A stretch of DNA of 64,000 nt from Poseidonia sp. (GTDB lineage: Archaea > Thermoplasmatota > Poseidoniia > Poseidoniales > Poseidoniaceae), in the NCBI RefSeq assembly GCF_029250625.1, contig NZ_JAQXEX010000036.1; one strand, given 5' to 3'. The notes beneath the pieces are model-generated. The model saw only the letters and a program-made list of their open reading frames with translations, was not told the origin of the DNA and ran no database searches. The position numbers and the translations under genes are program-made. How positions within the stretch are numbered: the stretch's first letter is position 1; each line of letters opens with the position of its first letter. Positions 1-9,089 of the stretch are shown here, in pieces.

Positions 1-284
1 AAGGTGAAGAACTGAGCATGATCATGGTAGAAGATATGTGGCCAAACGTGTCCTCATTTGAGGAAGTCTTGGAGCAAATTGACCGAGTCATGCAAGAAGA
101 CTCCGACGGCCTTGAAGAAGAATCCACAGGTTCAGAGAACCGAATGAACGCCATAGCTGAACGGGCCAGAGTTGCTGAAGAGAAAGCAGCACGCCGTCAG
201 GCACGATTGGAATCTAAGGCGGAAAAGACACAGCCGAAGGTTGAGGGCGATTTCCTCGGAGAACACGATTGGTTGGTTGAGTAG
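1..284 (+). CDS. Hypothetical charged/low-complexity ORF, open at the window edge; possibly the 3' end of an upstream gene (an scpA-like kleisin is expected before scpB but could not be recognised)
   Basis: The reading frame stays open to position 3 with no in-frame stop upstream of the ATG at 18. The sequence is charged and low-complexity, without motifs I recognise. It sits immediately 5' of scpB. Confidence 0.25.
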   Translation, partial: GEELSMIMVEDMWPNVSSFEEVLEQIDRVMQEDSDGLEEESTGSENRMNAIAERARVAEEKAARRQARLESKAEKTQPKVEGDFLGEHDWLVE

Positions 285-296
285 GGAGGTGCTTAC

Positions 297-908
297 ATGA
301 CAGAATTGCCCATTGAAACCCTTATCGAAGCAACACTTTTCAGTTCAGGCAAGTCAATGTCAGTGGCCGAACTTTCAACGGCTCTTGGCTACGATGAGGA
401 TGAGATGTTGGATTGTTTGTATTCGCTCCAAGCTACCTTGCGCCGAAGGAGAGGGACGTCCCTCCAATTGGCTGAAGTCGGTGTCCGTTGGGCTCTTGAA
501 GTCAAACCGTCGATCGCATCCCATCTACCAAAGGATACCAAAACCGATATGCCTCCAAAACTCTTGAAGGCGGCCGCTCTCATTGCTTACCACCAACCCA
601 TGCCACAGTCAAGACTTGTTGAACTGCTTGGGCAGAAGGCCTACGATTACGTTCGGGAATTGGCTCAACTTGGGATGGTTGACCGTAGAAAAGATGGCAA
701 CACGAGGAGGCTTTCCACAACGCGTCGTTTTTCAGAAGCATTCGGCTGTCCACATACCGATCGTAAAAAGGTCAAGGCTTGGTTTAGGGAGCAAGTGCAG
801 TCTTCAGGTCTCCTTGATGAACTCGCAGACAACAAGGAAATTTTGAAAGAAACAACCGAAGAAGAAGGCACGGTGCAATCGTCACTACCGGTATCTGAAA
901 GCGAGTGA
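297..908 (+). CDS. scpB: Segregation and condensation protein B (ScpB)
   Basis: N-terminal IETLIEATLFSSGKSMSVAELS matches the ScpB IEAlLFa.geplS signature. The second winged-helix stretch PPKLLKAAALIAYHQPMPQSRLVELLG ... DRRKDGNTRRLSTTRRFSEAFG parallels B. subtilis ScpB ([25 protein letters not shown] ... [23 protein letters not shown]). Confidence 0.75.
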   Translation: MTELPIETLIEATLFSSGKSMSVAELSTALGYDEDEMLDCLYSLQATLRRRRGTSLQLAEVGVRWALEVKPSIASHLPKDTKTDMPPKLLKAAALIAYHQPMPQSRLVELLGQKAYDYVRELAQLGMVDRRKDGNTRRLSTTRRFSEAFGCPHTDRKKVKAWFREQVQSSGLLDELADNKEILKETTEEEGTVQSSLPVSESE

Positions 909-910
909 AG

Positions 911-2209
911 TCAGCCTTGGCGCAGTTCGTTGAGCCATTCTTCCGCCATGGTCTGGGTGCGAACACCTTCGTGTTGCTGAATCCGCTGAGAAAGGAGTTC
1001 AATTTCCTCACCAATCGCTCCAGCGCTCACTGCCATGTTCTTTGAGTGAAGTTTCATGTGGCCTGCTTGAATTCCATTCGTTGAAAGTGCACGTAATGCG
1101 CCTAAATTCTGTGCAAGGCCGGCACAAACCATCACGCCCGCTAATTCTTGGGCGCTCTCGACACCGAGGATTGAAAGATTGGCCTGAGCGACGGGGTGAA
1201 CTTTCGAAGCACCTCCTACAATGCCAACGGCCATGGGGAGTTCCATGGTCCCGACCAGATTTCCGTCATCGTCCTTAACCCATGTGGACATTGAGGTATA
1301 TCGTCCATGTTCTAGGGATGTCCAAGCGTGGCTTCCGGCTTCAATGGCCCTCCAATCTTGTCCGCAGGCAACAGCAACACTGCTTATGGCGTTCATAATG
1401 CCCTTGTTGTGGGTTGCGGCTCTGAACGGGTCTTCTTCGGCGAAGACATGTGCTTCTAAGATGCCGTCAATGATGTTGAGTCCATCTTCCCTTGTCCCGT
1501 CATTTGACAATTCTTCGGGAGTGAATGTGGCTTCAACTCTGGCCAGTCGGTGGGCTGCTAGGTTGGATAGGATTCGCAGGTGTACTCTTCCTTTGGTAAG
1601 TGCTTCAATTTGAGGAGAAATGCGCTCTGCCATGGTGTTTACAGCATTGGCTCCCATGGCGTCTCTGCAATCCACCAGGAGGTGAACGATGAGCATGGTG
1701 CCCATGGGCGTTTGAAGTTGCCTCGTTTCTATGTCCTTGCACCCGCCCCCAAGTGCAATCATCCTTGATGGTATGTCGTTACAGAACGCCATCAACTTCT
1801 CTTTGGCTTCAGCAATTGCATGTTCAGCTCCGTCCAAATCCGGTACTTCAAGAACTTGGAGTTGTCCAATCATGACCGGTTTGTCGCTGTTGGTACGGAA
1901 TCCGCCTTTTGCGAGGCATCGCTTGGCCATGTTTGAGGCTGCAGCAACGACACTTGACTCTTCCAGGCAAAACGGAATGATGTAATGCGCTCCATCAATG
2001 ACAAAGTTCGTAGCCACTCCAACGGGGAGGGACATTGTTCCGATGACATTCTCTATCATGCGGTTTGCAGCTTCCTCATCCAACTCGCCGTAACGGGCCA
2101 GGGCTTCGACATGTTTTGGTTCAAGATCTGCAGCATCTGCTATCGCCTGGCGGCGCTCTTCTACAGACTTGCGAAAGAACCCCTTGAACCGACTGTTTTC
2201 CACTGGCAT
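911..2209 (-). CDS. hmgA: HMG-CoA reductase, class II (bacterial-type)
   Basis: ENVIGTMSLPVGVATNF..EESSVVAAASNMAK and DAMGANAVNTMAE match the class-II (P. mevalonii-type) catalytic core rather than the class-I DAMGMNM motif. Length of about 430 aa fits. Confidence 0.85.
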   Translation of the reverse strand: MPVENSRFKGFFRKSVEERRQAIADAADLEPKHVEALARYGELDEEAANRMIENVIGTMSLPVGVATNFVIDGAHYIIPFCLEESSVVAAASNMAKRCLAKGGFRTNSDKPVMIGQLQVLEVPDLDGAEHAIAEAKEKLMAFCNDIPSRMIALGGGCKDIETRQLQTPMGTMLIVHLLVDCRDAMGANAVNTMAERISPQIEALTKGRVHLRILSNLAAHRLARVEATFTPEELSNDGTREDGLNIIDGILEAHVFAEEDPFRAATHNKGIMNAISSVAVACGQDWRAIEAGSHAWTSLEHGRYTSMSTWVKDDDGNLVGTMELPMAVGIVGGASKVHPVAQANLSILGVESAQELAGVMVCAGLAQNLGALRALSTNGIQAGHMKLHSKNMAVSAGAIGEEIELLSQRIQQHEGVRTQTMAEEWLNELRQG

Positions 2210-2286
2210 GGTCTTTCCCCCAATTGCTCCTAAGGGCGCTCTTCCTTCAATGAATCGTTGGGGGGATGTGCCTGCTCGCTGCGAAG

Positions 2287-2343
2287 TTTAACGCTTTTAA
2301 CGCGTCTACTAACGCGTTAACGATGCGTTAATTGAGCGTTAAT
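2287..2343. promoter_or_regulatory. Symmetric array of TTAACGC / GCGTTAA half-sites around a central AACGCGTT palindrome, in the divergent hmgA / ATPase intergenic region; candidate operator
   Basis: Read directly: TTAACGC at 2288 and 2297, a palindromic TAACGCGTTAA at 2310-2320, then GCGTTAA at 2325-2331 and 2337-2343. A TATA-like GATATACTT lies near 2420, about 25 bp before the ATG at 2449. Confidence 0.5.
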
Positions 2344-2448
2344 CGAAACAAAAAATGCGATTCCGTCAGCGAAATAACAGGTGCTAACGGGCTCGTGAGG
2401 GTCTCACTTTTCGTCAAAGATGATATACTTGAGGTTCGTTCCCACGGT

Positions 2449-4299
2449 ATGGTCAAAGAAAGCAATCTCTACGGCTTGCCTTTGTTGTCTGAGAACCCGT
2501 TTTCAACACGCCCTCTGGAGTCGGGTGAACTCGCCAAATTGGTTGGGCGAGATACGCTCTTCACCATGCTCAAGAATTACGTCACTCTTCGTTCTTCAAG
2601 GCGGATCTTACTGGTGGGTCCATTGGGTTCGGGAAGGACATCACTTCTAAGATGCCTCACGCCTTACTCTGGAGAATCCGCATACATTGGCCATCTTTCA
2701 GCCAACGCTCCAGCAAAAAGCCTTCTTGAGATGATGTATCAAGGTATATTGGGCATTCAAGCGCCTTCTCGCCGCGACGAGGTCGTCAAAGGCCTTGTTG
2801 ATGGCATGTATGGTTTTGGTGAGAAATTGCCCCTCATCGTTATCGATGTGCCTGCAAGTGATATGTCGGTACTGAATGTAGCCTTGCGGGATACATTAAC
2901 GGTCCTTGAACGCCTCAATGCCCTTGTCATCCTGGTCTGCGACCAACGACAGCGTCAACAACTCCCACAGGAGCTCTCCATGGCGTTTGAAGAACATCGC
3001 CTCTCAACGTTTACGCCCTCTGATGTCTTGTCTTTGGTCAAAAAGCGCCTTGCATCCGTTGGTTGTATGGATTCTGATTTCACCATGCAGGATGCAACTC
3101 GCATCCTTGAACAAACGGACGGCTATCCTGCTTTAATCATCAAGGAATTAAGAAATGCTGTGGACGTGATCCGGATGGGCAAAGATATGGGGGTAGCAAA
3201 ACAATCGTTTGATACTTCGGCCCGATTAGAAGTAAGAGACGGCCCTTCTACACTTGACCAACTGATGACGCCTCAAGATGTTGGAACGCCAACCCTTGAG
3301 CCATCTCCTGCAGCAGAGGAAGTTCTTATTGAAGCCCCTGTATTCGAAGAGACTACGGATATTATTGATGCATCCACCCCTTGGGATGAGCGATCTGCGG
3401 TTGAAGAAGACGAAGAACAATCTGCATTTGGTGGCCTTTTTGATTTGGATATTGGCGCCCTTGATGAAGCACAAGAGCTTGATGAACCTCTCCAAGCGAC
3501 GCCGTTTGATACGCCGATTATTGATGCTTCAGCTGCACTAGAAACGCCTCACTATCCTCTTCCTGTTGGGAATTTTGGCGGCCTCATACGGAGAAATAAG
3601 GGAGGGCTTTCAGCAGGCAAGGAAGAATCTGCTGATGGACAAGAGCCTTCGATTCAACAACATAAAGTGGAAACCAATGAGGGCAATGAATACTGGATTG
3701 CGGATGAGAGTCCCCCTGTGAAGCAAGCAGAGGAATTCAACGAGGACGAATCAGCAGCACTGATTCACGACGAAGTCGGTTTTGTTCAGGACGCCTTTGT
3801 GGGTGAGGAAGAAATGATTTTTGAGGCGGATGGGGGACATGAGGAACTTGAATTGAATGAATTGAGTTCACCGTCTGCGCCCGGCGAACGTGATGTCATG
3901 AACCTCTTGGCGAGGATTTTAGAGTCCATGGGGCCCCAAAGTCCGACGAATTCTATTGCAAGCGATAGCATCATGGCTTTTTTCGAATCAAAACGCAGGG
4001 AAACACTCGGCCCTAAAGAAAGTCATCCACTGGACAAACATTTGCTCTCATCCCTTTCACGTTCTGAAGCCTATGTGGTTGGGCAAGCAAACGATCGCAA
4101 TGTTTCCCCTTCTGATGAAGAAATGTTGGCCTTCTTATCGATTAAGCGTGCTCGCCTTTCTCAAATCTGCAACCGATTGCTGAGAGGTGGTATTTTGCAA
4201 GCTAGGAAGGTGGGGCGCCATCGTAAGTACGCGCTTACTCAATCTGCAAGAGCCCAATTAGAGGCATGGGGAAGTTTCCAAAGGAGTGAATCACAATGA
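2449..4299 (+). CDS. Archaeal-ATPase-family (Arch_ATPase-like) protein with a degenerate P-loop, a long acidic disordered linker and a C-terminal winged helix
   Basis: FSTRPLESGELAKLVGRDTLFTML then LLVGPLGSGRTSLLRCL resembles the Arch_ATPase N-terminus (F.GRe.El..L ... GpRr.GKTSLL). Walker A has R in place of the canonical K, and the Walker-B-like LIVIDVP lacks the acidic residue after D. Residues about 290-560 are strongly acidic with repeated (T/A)PIIDAS motifs. The C-terminus SIKRARLSQICNRLLRGGILQARKVGRHRKYALTQ looks like a wHTH (DUF234-like). Start moved to ATG 2449, since the track start at 2332 is TTG and lies inside the repeat array. Confidence 0.55.
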   Translation: MVKESNLYGLPLLSENPFSTRPLESGELAKLVGRDTLFTMLKNYVTLRSSRRILLVGPLGSGRTSLLRCLTPYSGESAYIGHLSANAPAKSLLEMMYQGILGIQAPSRRDEVVKGLVDGMYGFGEKLPLIVIDVPASDMSVLNVALRDTLTVLERLNALVILVCDQRQRQQLPQELSMAFEEHRLSTFTPSDVLSLVKKRLASVGCMDSDFTMQDATRILEQTDGYPALIIKELRNAVDVIRMGKDMGVAKQSFDTSARLEVRDGPSTLDQLMTPQDVGTPTLEPSPAAEEVLIEAPVFEETTDIIDASTPWDERSAVEEDEEQSAFGGLFDLDIGALDEAQELDEPLQATPFDTPIIDASAALETPHYPLPVGNFGGLIRRNKGGLSAGKEESADGQEPSIQQHKVETNEGNEYWIADESPPVKQAEEFNEDESAALIHDEVGFVQDAFVGEEEMIFEADGGHEELELNELSSPSAPGERDVMNLLARILESMGPQSPTNSIASDSIMAFFESKRRETLGPKESHPLDKHLLSSLSRSEAYVVGQANDRNVSPSDEEMLAFLSIKRARLSQICNRLLRGGILQARKVGRHRKYALTQSARAQLEAWGSFQRSESQ

Positions 4300-5351
4300 G
4301 TTGGAATATTGCATGGTCGTGGCAGTCTGAAGGAAGAATCGCAGCAATGGCGCCTCTTGAAGGAGGCTTATTGGTCAGTGCGGGTCTTCAACTTACAATG
4401 TTGGAGGCAGACGGCGATGAACGTTGGAGTGTAGAAGTTCCGTTCAAAGTACATGCAGCACAAGGATCTCAAGGAGTGCTGGGTTTATTGGCTGCTCATG
4501 GTTTCTATCTCATGGATACGACAACAGGAAGCATGGTCAATGAAGGCCGTAGCACGCCGGGTGGTTTCAGTGACCTCGCTCACCGGCCAGGTGGGGGATG
4601 GGTCCTAGCAGGCCGTCAAGGGCAGCTGCATCTCTTTTCTCAAGAGGGTCGAGGAATTCGTCGCGTTGAAACGGGACCGATTCGCAGGCTTGTTGGGTGG
4701 CTCGACCGTGAGCATCTTCTCTGGCAGGACCCCAGCGGGACGCTTTGGTGCGGTCGGCTAACGGGTGACGACAGAAAGCGGAAATTGGAAGACCGTGCTT
4801 GGAGTTGGTGTTCTCGCCTCGTAGAAGGTCGTTTGTTGCTTCAGAGCGGTGACGGCGGCATCTGGGAAGGCGTACCTCATCCATTTGGATGGGACCAACT
4901 TGAACGCCTTGAGCATGAATCCATTGAGCCTATGGAAGCAGTTCGCAGTGGAGATGGATGGTGGGTTTTGAGCATAGAGGGCAATCTACACGCCCTCAGT
5001 TTACCTTCCGAAGGCAGTGGGACGGAGTCCGAACCATTGGGGCTTCATATGGACCTGGGCGACCTGTTGGTTTTGTGCACGCCGGACGCCATGGCGACAG
5101 CAACTCGCAACGGCCTTGTACGAAAATGGTCGGCTCCACATCTCTCGGAGGCAGAGCGCCAAGGACGGTATAAGGCAGCAGCAGAGGCAGCCCTCGCAAG
5201 GAATTGGGACGAGCGACGCGAACTGTTCCTGCGTGCACAAGAGGCGGAGGATTTGGGTAAACTCTCGCTGGCCATCGAACTTTACGAATCGCTTGGTAGG
5301 ACTGAAGATGCCAGACGTTTGCTGAGTCGTCAAAAGGAGGGAGGCGAATGA
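4296..5351 (+). CDS. Hypothetical protein: beta-propeller-like (PQQ/WD-like repeats with W/G-rich blades) N-terminal region plus a C-terminal helical TPR-like tail
   Basis: Its ATG overlaps the upstream stop (ATGA at 4296), indicating translational coupling. It shows repeated GxxxW/LW blade-like segments and a C-terminal LSLAIELYESLGRTEDARRLL helical repeat. No family is securely recognised. Confidence 0.4.
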   Translation: MSWNIAWSWQSEGRIAAMAPLEGGLLVSAGLQLTMLEADGDERWSVEVPFKVHAAQGSQGVLGLLAAHGFYLMDTTTGSMVNEGRSTPGGFSDLAHRPGGGWVLAGRQGQLHLFSQEGRGIRRVETGPIRRLVGWLDREHLLWQDPSGTLWCGRLTGDDRKRKLEDRAWSWCSRLVEGRLLLQSGDGGIWEGVPHPFGWDQLERLEHESIEPMEAVRSGDGWWVLSIEGNLHALSLPSEGSGTESEPLGLHMDLGDLLVLCTPDAMATATRNGLVRKWSAPHLSEAERQGRYKAAAEAALARNWDERRELFLRAQEAEDLGKLSLAIELYESLGRTEDARRLLSRQKEGGE

Positions 5352-5647
5352 AGGAATCGCCAGACACAATCACCGTGGGCCGGGTGGAAAAATACCTGGA
5401 CATCACCAAACGGGCGAGGGCTAAGGCCACTCCTTTGGTTGAACCCAATTCCGTTGAGGGTCAGAAACTCAACACGATGCTACGAATGGCCGACGATTAT
5501 GCATCCGATGCCCGTCATTTCCTTGAAATCGGAGACCTCATTCGTGCTTTTGGGGCCATCAATTATGCACATGCTTGGATCGATGCAGGTGTGAAATTAT
5601 GCTGGCTTGATGGGCACGGTGACGACGTCCTTTTCACGCTTCCATGA
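5348..5647 (+). CDS. Small conserved archaeal protein (DUF357-like, 99 aa)
   Basis: Overlaps the upstream stop by 4 nt (5348-5351). Size and the AINYAHAWIDAG segment recall the short archaea-only DUF357 family. The assignment is tentative. Confidence 0.35.
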   Translation: MKESPDTITVGRVEKYLDITKRARAKATPLVEPNSVEGQKLNTMLRMADDYASDARHFLEIGDLIRAFGAINYAHAWIDAGVKLCWLDGHGDDVLFTLP

Positions 5648-5653
5648 ATCGTT

Positions 5654-6037
5654 CTATAGCGACTCAAGGACGTGCATTCTCGTGCCCTTGCGGACTTCAA
5701 GAATCGTCAAATTCATTTCATAAAGACGGCGTTTTAATCCAGTGTCGACCGTCAAGGTTGCACATTGCAGTTCACAAGCCATCTGAAACAGTATGTCGTC
5801 GGTATGGCGCAATTCTTCATTCTCGTTGATTCGCGTGACTGATTTGCCTTCGAGTAGTGAAAGAAGAAGACGTTTCGCAGGTGAACGTTCAGCTTCAAGG
5901 GCGTTGAGTTCAGCAAGGACTTCAGGGATGAGGATCCATTGACACGGTCCGATGAGCCGTTCCATTTCACGCTCAATGTTGATTTTAGCATCTACACAAG
6001 CGACCCATCCGCAGGCGTCAATAAGCACCTGCTGCAT
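5654..6037 (-). CDS. PIN-domain protein of the conserved archaeal rps6e-eif2g-PIN cluster
   Basis: N-terminal VLIDACGWVA is the PIN first acidic strand, with acidic residues following. About 127 aa, directly downstream of eif2g on the same strand with a 10-bp gap. Confidence 0.55.
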   Translation of the reverse strand: MQQVLIDACGWVACVDAKINIEREMERLIGPCQWILIPEVLAELNALEAERSPAKRLLLSLLEGKSVTRINENEELRHTDDILFQMACELQCATLTVDTGLKRRLYEMNLTILEVRKGTRMHVLESL

Positions 6038-6047
6038 GCCAGTGACC

Positions 6048-7286
6048 TCATTCTATGGTGCCGTAGCCAATCAAACGCCATCGTGAGCCAATGCGTCGTG
6101 ATAGCGAAATACGCTGCCCCTTGTCGGCACAAATTGGTAGTCTTAGGTCAAGATTGGTGCGATGTTTCTCAGCATTTCGAGTTACACCGACCGATGTTGC
6201 GGTAGCAACATTGAGCATCAGCATCTCATTATTACGCAACGGTTGAATTTTTTCTGGTGCTTCCCCATCGCCCGCAACCATGTGGGACATTAGATTGACG
6301 CTGATGCTCACAGAGGTGTGGACTTCGGGAAGGTCACCCTTTCGGGCAACGACTTGACCGGAGAGGTTGTCTGCTGTAGTAATGGACGGGTCAAGAAGTG
6401 TCGCCATTCCACATAGGCCACCTGCGTGCATGGCATCAAGTGATTTTCCGCCACCTTGCATGCTGCTCACAATAGCTTCGATGGGTTCCCATGTTGATTT
6501 GTTTCCGTTCTCAATTTTCCGTCCAGGTCCGATGATCACTTCGTCCCCTTCCTTGAATTCGCCTTCAACGATACTTCCTCCGATGACGCCACCACGCAGC
6601 TTGCCGGGACGTGTTCCGGGGCGATTGATGTCAAAAGAGCGTGCTACATGCATGATTGAGCGCTTGTCGCTTGAACGGTCGGGTGTAGGGATGGTGGCTT
6701 CGATTGCGTCAATGAGAATGTCAAGATTGACATCGTGGTGGGCAGACACAGGAATTACAGGTGCTGATTCGGCGATGGTTCCTTTCAGGAAGGTCATGAT
6801 TTCTTGATGGGATTCAAGAGCGCGCTCTCGTGTGACAAGGTCGATTTTGTTCTGGACAATCACGATGTTTTCAATTCCAGCGATCTCTAGAGCCATCAGG
6901 TGTTCCCGAGTTTGGGGTTGTGGGCAGGTTTCGTTGGCTGCGACCATGAGCATTGCACCGTCCATGATGGATGCGCCCGTGATCATGATGGCCATCAAGG
7001 TCTCGTGGCCAGGAGCGTCAACAAAGGATACGACTCGTTCCAATTCTTCGGCAACGTCTTTCGAACCATCAGGACGCTTTCCGGTGGCGTAATACTGTCC
7101 GTTGTCATCTTTGTAGAATGCAGTATCGGCGTAGCCGAGTTTAATCGAGATACCACGCTTTCGTTCTTCGGAGTGTGTATCGGTCCAAATTCCAGAAAGG
7201 GCTTGTGTTAGGGTCGTTTTACCGTGGTCAACGTGGCCGACAAGGCCGATGTTCACTTCAGGTTGTGCGGGAAGCTCTCTTGCCAT
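6048..7286 (-). CDS. eif2g: Translation initiation factor 2 subunit gamma (aIF2-gamma)
   Basis: GHVDHGKTTLTQALSGIWTDTHSEERKRGISIKLGYAD G1-box/switch region, the zinc-knuckle-containing domain, and a length of 412 aa. Confidence 0.9.
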   Translation of the reverse strand: MARELPAQPEVNIGLVGHVDHGKTTLTQALSGIWTDTHSEERKRGISIKLGYADTAFYKDDNGQYYATGKRPDGSKDVAEELERVVSFVDAPGHETLMAIMITGASIMDGAMLMVAANETCPQPQTREHLMALEIAGIENIVIVQNKIDLVTRERALESHQEIMTFLKGTIAESAPVIPVSAHHDVNLDILIDAIEATIPTPDRSSDKRSIMHVARSFDINRPGTRPGKLRGGVIGGSIVEGEFKEGDEVIIGPGRKIENGNKSTWEPIEAIVSSMQGGGKSLDAMHAGGLCGMATLLDPSITTADNLSGQVVARKGDLPEVHTSVSISVNLMSHMVAGDGEAPEKIQPLRNNEMLMLNVATATSVGVTRNAEKHRTNLDLRLPICADKGQRISLSRRIGSRWRLIGYGTIE

Positions 7287-7324
7287 GCTTCCTCACCCAG
7301 TTGTTACGACGTCCCTCTCGGGGT

Positions 7325-7818
7325 TCACTCCGATGCTTCCTCTGCTTCGGTGGAAAGAATAGCGCTGAGCGACTTCTTTCCTGTTTCTACAACCTTTAGG
7401 TTGATTTGACGGGTATCTTGGGTAATGGTGTTTCCACGGAAGGTGCGTCGGCGTCGTAGTCCATCAGGCTTGTAACGGAATCGCTTCTTGTCGCCGCCCT
7501 TCTTCTTGTGGACGATGACTTGTCCCTTGTACCCTGTGGATTGAGTGACGAGGATGGATTGACGGGAGCCGCCATCCAAATCCTTACGAAGAGGTGTTCC
7601 GGTTTTGTCGGAGCCACCGGTGATTTCAAGTTTGTAGCCGGAGAGTGTTTGTTCGCCTTCTCCGACGAAGATACCGTCGACGACATCGCCGATTCGCTTT
7701 CCTAGGATTTGTGCGTGGTTGTTGCCTGTAATCTTCAATGAGTACGATTTTCCACCGTTGTCGGGGTTTGTATCATTGACTACTGCGACGAATTCGGATT
7801 GGTTTTTGCCGGACATAC
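7325..7818 (-). CDS. rps6e: 30S ribosomal protein S6e
   Basis: MSGKNQSEFVAVVNDTNPDNGGKSYSLKITG... matches the S6e N-terminus. The track ORF extends 34 codons further upstream into orc1, so the start was moved to the internal ATG (cat at 7816-7818). Confidence 0.8.
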
Positions 7819-7889
7819 GAGCACCTCTACGAGATGTTCCGACTAACGACCCGTATTTAGCCCCATCGTATGGTACATTGGCTTCGATT

Positions 7890-9089
7890 TTATCGTAATC
7901 GCTTGGGAAGGAGCAATTCAAGCCGGCTTGCGAGGTCTGCAGGGAGGTAGTGAGGCATGCTCAGATGTGTGGTTCGTCCTCGCCCTCCCGGTACGGTTGC
8001 GACGCGAGATTCAATGAGTCCAGCAACCTCAATGGCCTTGACATATTTCCACAGAGTGGTGTGACTCTTCGCCTTTTGCTCATACTCTTCACAAACCACG
8101 GCGTAGAGTCCTTCGACATCACCCATGGTCATGGTCTCTTCCGTTTTCAATCGTCTGCACATGGCCAAGAGCGCAAGCATGACAGAGGGAGGCAGTTCGT
8201 CCACCTGCTCAAGATGAGCGGAGGTGTCCAGCGCTAGATTGTTGTTGAATGCATGGACGTCTTCAATGCTGATTTTGCGTTCCGAGTGTTCATCTTGACG
8301 GTATTCACATCGTTCTACGGCACTGCTAAGGAGTTCAATTACCATCCGTGCATCACCGCTCGGCGCTGCTTTTTCTGCCAGTAAGGTCATGATCGAGTCG
8401 CTCCATGTCCCCGGGACCAACGCAGTTTCCGCACGCTGCCGGACAATGGCTTTGAGCCCATCCAGAGTATACGGGGGTATTCGAACATGGTTGGTAATAC
8501 CAAATTTGGAGAGAACTGCTGTCTCCAGGACATCCAACACTTGTTCTTGGCTGATCAATATGAGCGAGAGAGTTCCAGTCCCTTGTTGGTCCTCGTCAAT
8601 TCTGAGCAGCTGATACAGCAATTCATCTCCTGAACGGCGCAACATGTGGTCGACCTCGTCAAGAACAACCACGAGGTGGGTCGACGAATGACGCAACATC
8701 TTTCTCAAACTCAGCAACAGTTCACCCATTGAGAGGCCACGGTCCGGGTGACCCGGGTCCAACTGGTGGAGGATGCGTTGTGCAACTCGCATGCTCGTTG
8801 AAGCATTGCGACAGTTGACATGGGCAATCTGGATGTTTCTTTTTCCTGCTAGGTGTCGGACTAAATCACGACAGAATGTCTTCGCCAGGACTGTTTTTCC
8901 AGAACCGACTGGCCCAGTGATTACTGCCCTCGATGCACCTTCAGGGGATGCGATTGCTGTGAATTTTGAAGCGAGTTCCTGTTTGATATCGTCCCGACCT
9001 ACCAGCTCTTCAGGCAAATGATCGTAATCCAATACGCTGGGGCTTGCAAGAATTGATCCCGCCCCGATTCGGTCAAGATAGCCGCTCAT
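7890..9089 (-). CDS. cdc6: Orc1/Cdc6 replication initiator
   Basis: LVGRDDIKQELASKF, Walker A ITGPVGSGKTVLAK, Walker B LVVVLDEVD, sensor and C-terminal winged helix. 399 aa. Confidence 0.9.
   Translation of the reverse strand: MSGYLDRIGAGSILASPSVLDYDHLPEELVGRDDIKQELASKFTAIASPEGASRAVITGPVGSGKTVLAKTFCRDLVRHLAGKRNIQIAHVNCRNASTSMRVAQRILHQLDPGHPDRGLSMGELLLSLRKMLRHSSTHLVVVLDEVDHMLRRSGDELLYQLLRIDEDQQGTGTLSLILISQEQVLDVLETAVLSKFGITNHVRIPPYTLDGLKAIVRQRAETALVPGTWSDSIMTLLAEKAAPSGDARMVIELLSSAVERCEYRQDEHSERKISIEDVHAFNNNLALDTSAHLEQVDELPPSVMLALLAMCRRLKTEETMTMGDVEGLYAVVCEEYEQKAKSHTTLWKYVKAIEVAGLIESRVATVPGGRGRTTHLSMPHYLPADLASRLELLLPKRLR

Noticed and set aside
2332-2448. Track start of the ATPase-wHTH gene at 2332
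   Set aside because: It is a TTG codon located inside the palindromic repeat array. The Arch_ATPase N-terminal F..R..E...L..GR motif sits at the expected distance only if translation starts at ATG 2449.
7819-7921. N-terminal 34-codon extension of rps6e overlapping cdc6
   Set aside because: The conserved S6e N-terminus MSGKN... begins at the internal Met, and the extension would overlap the cdc6 3' end.
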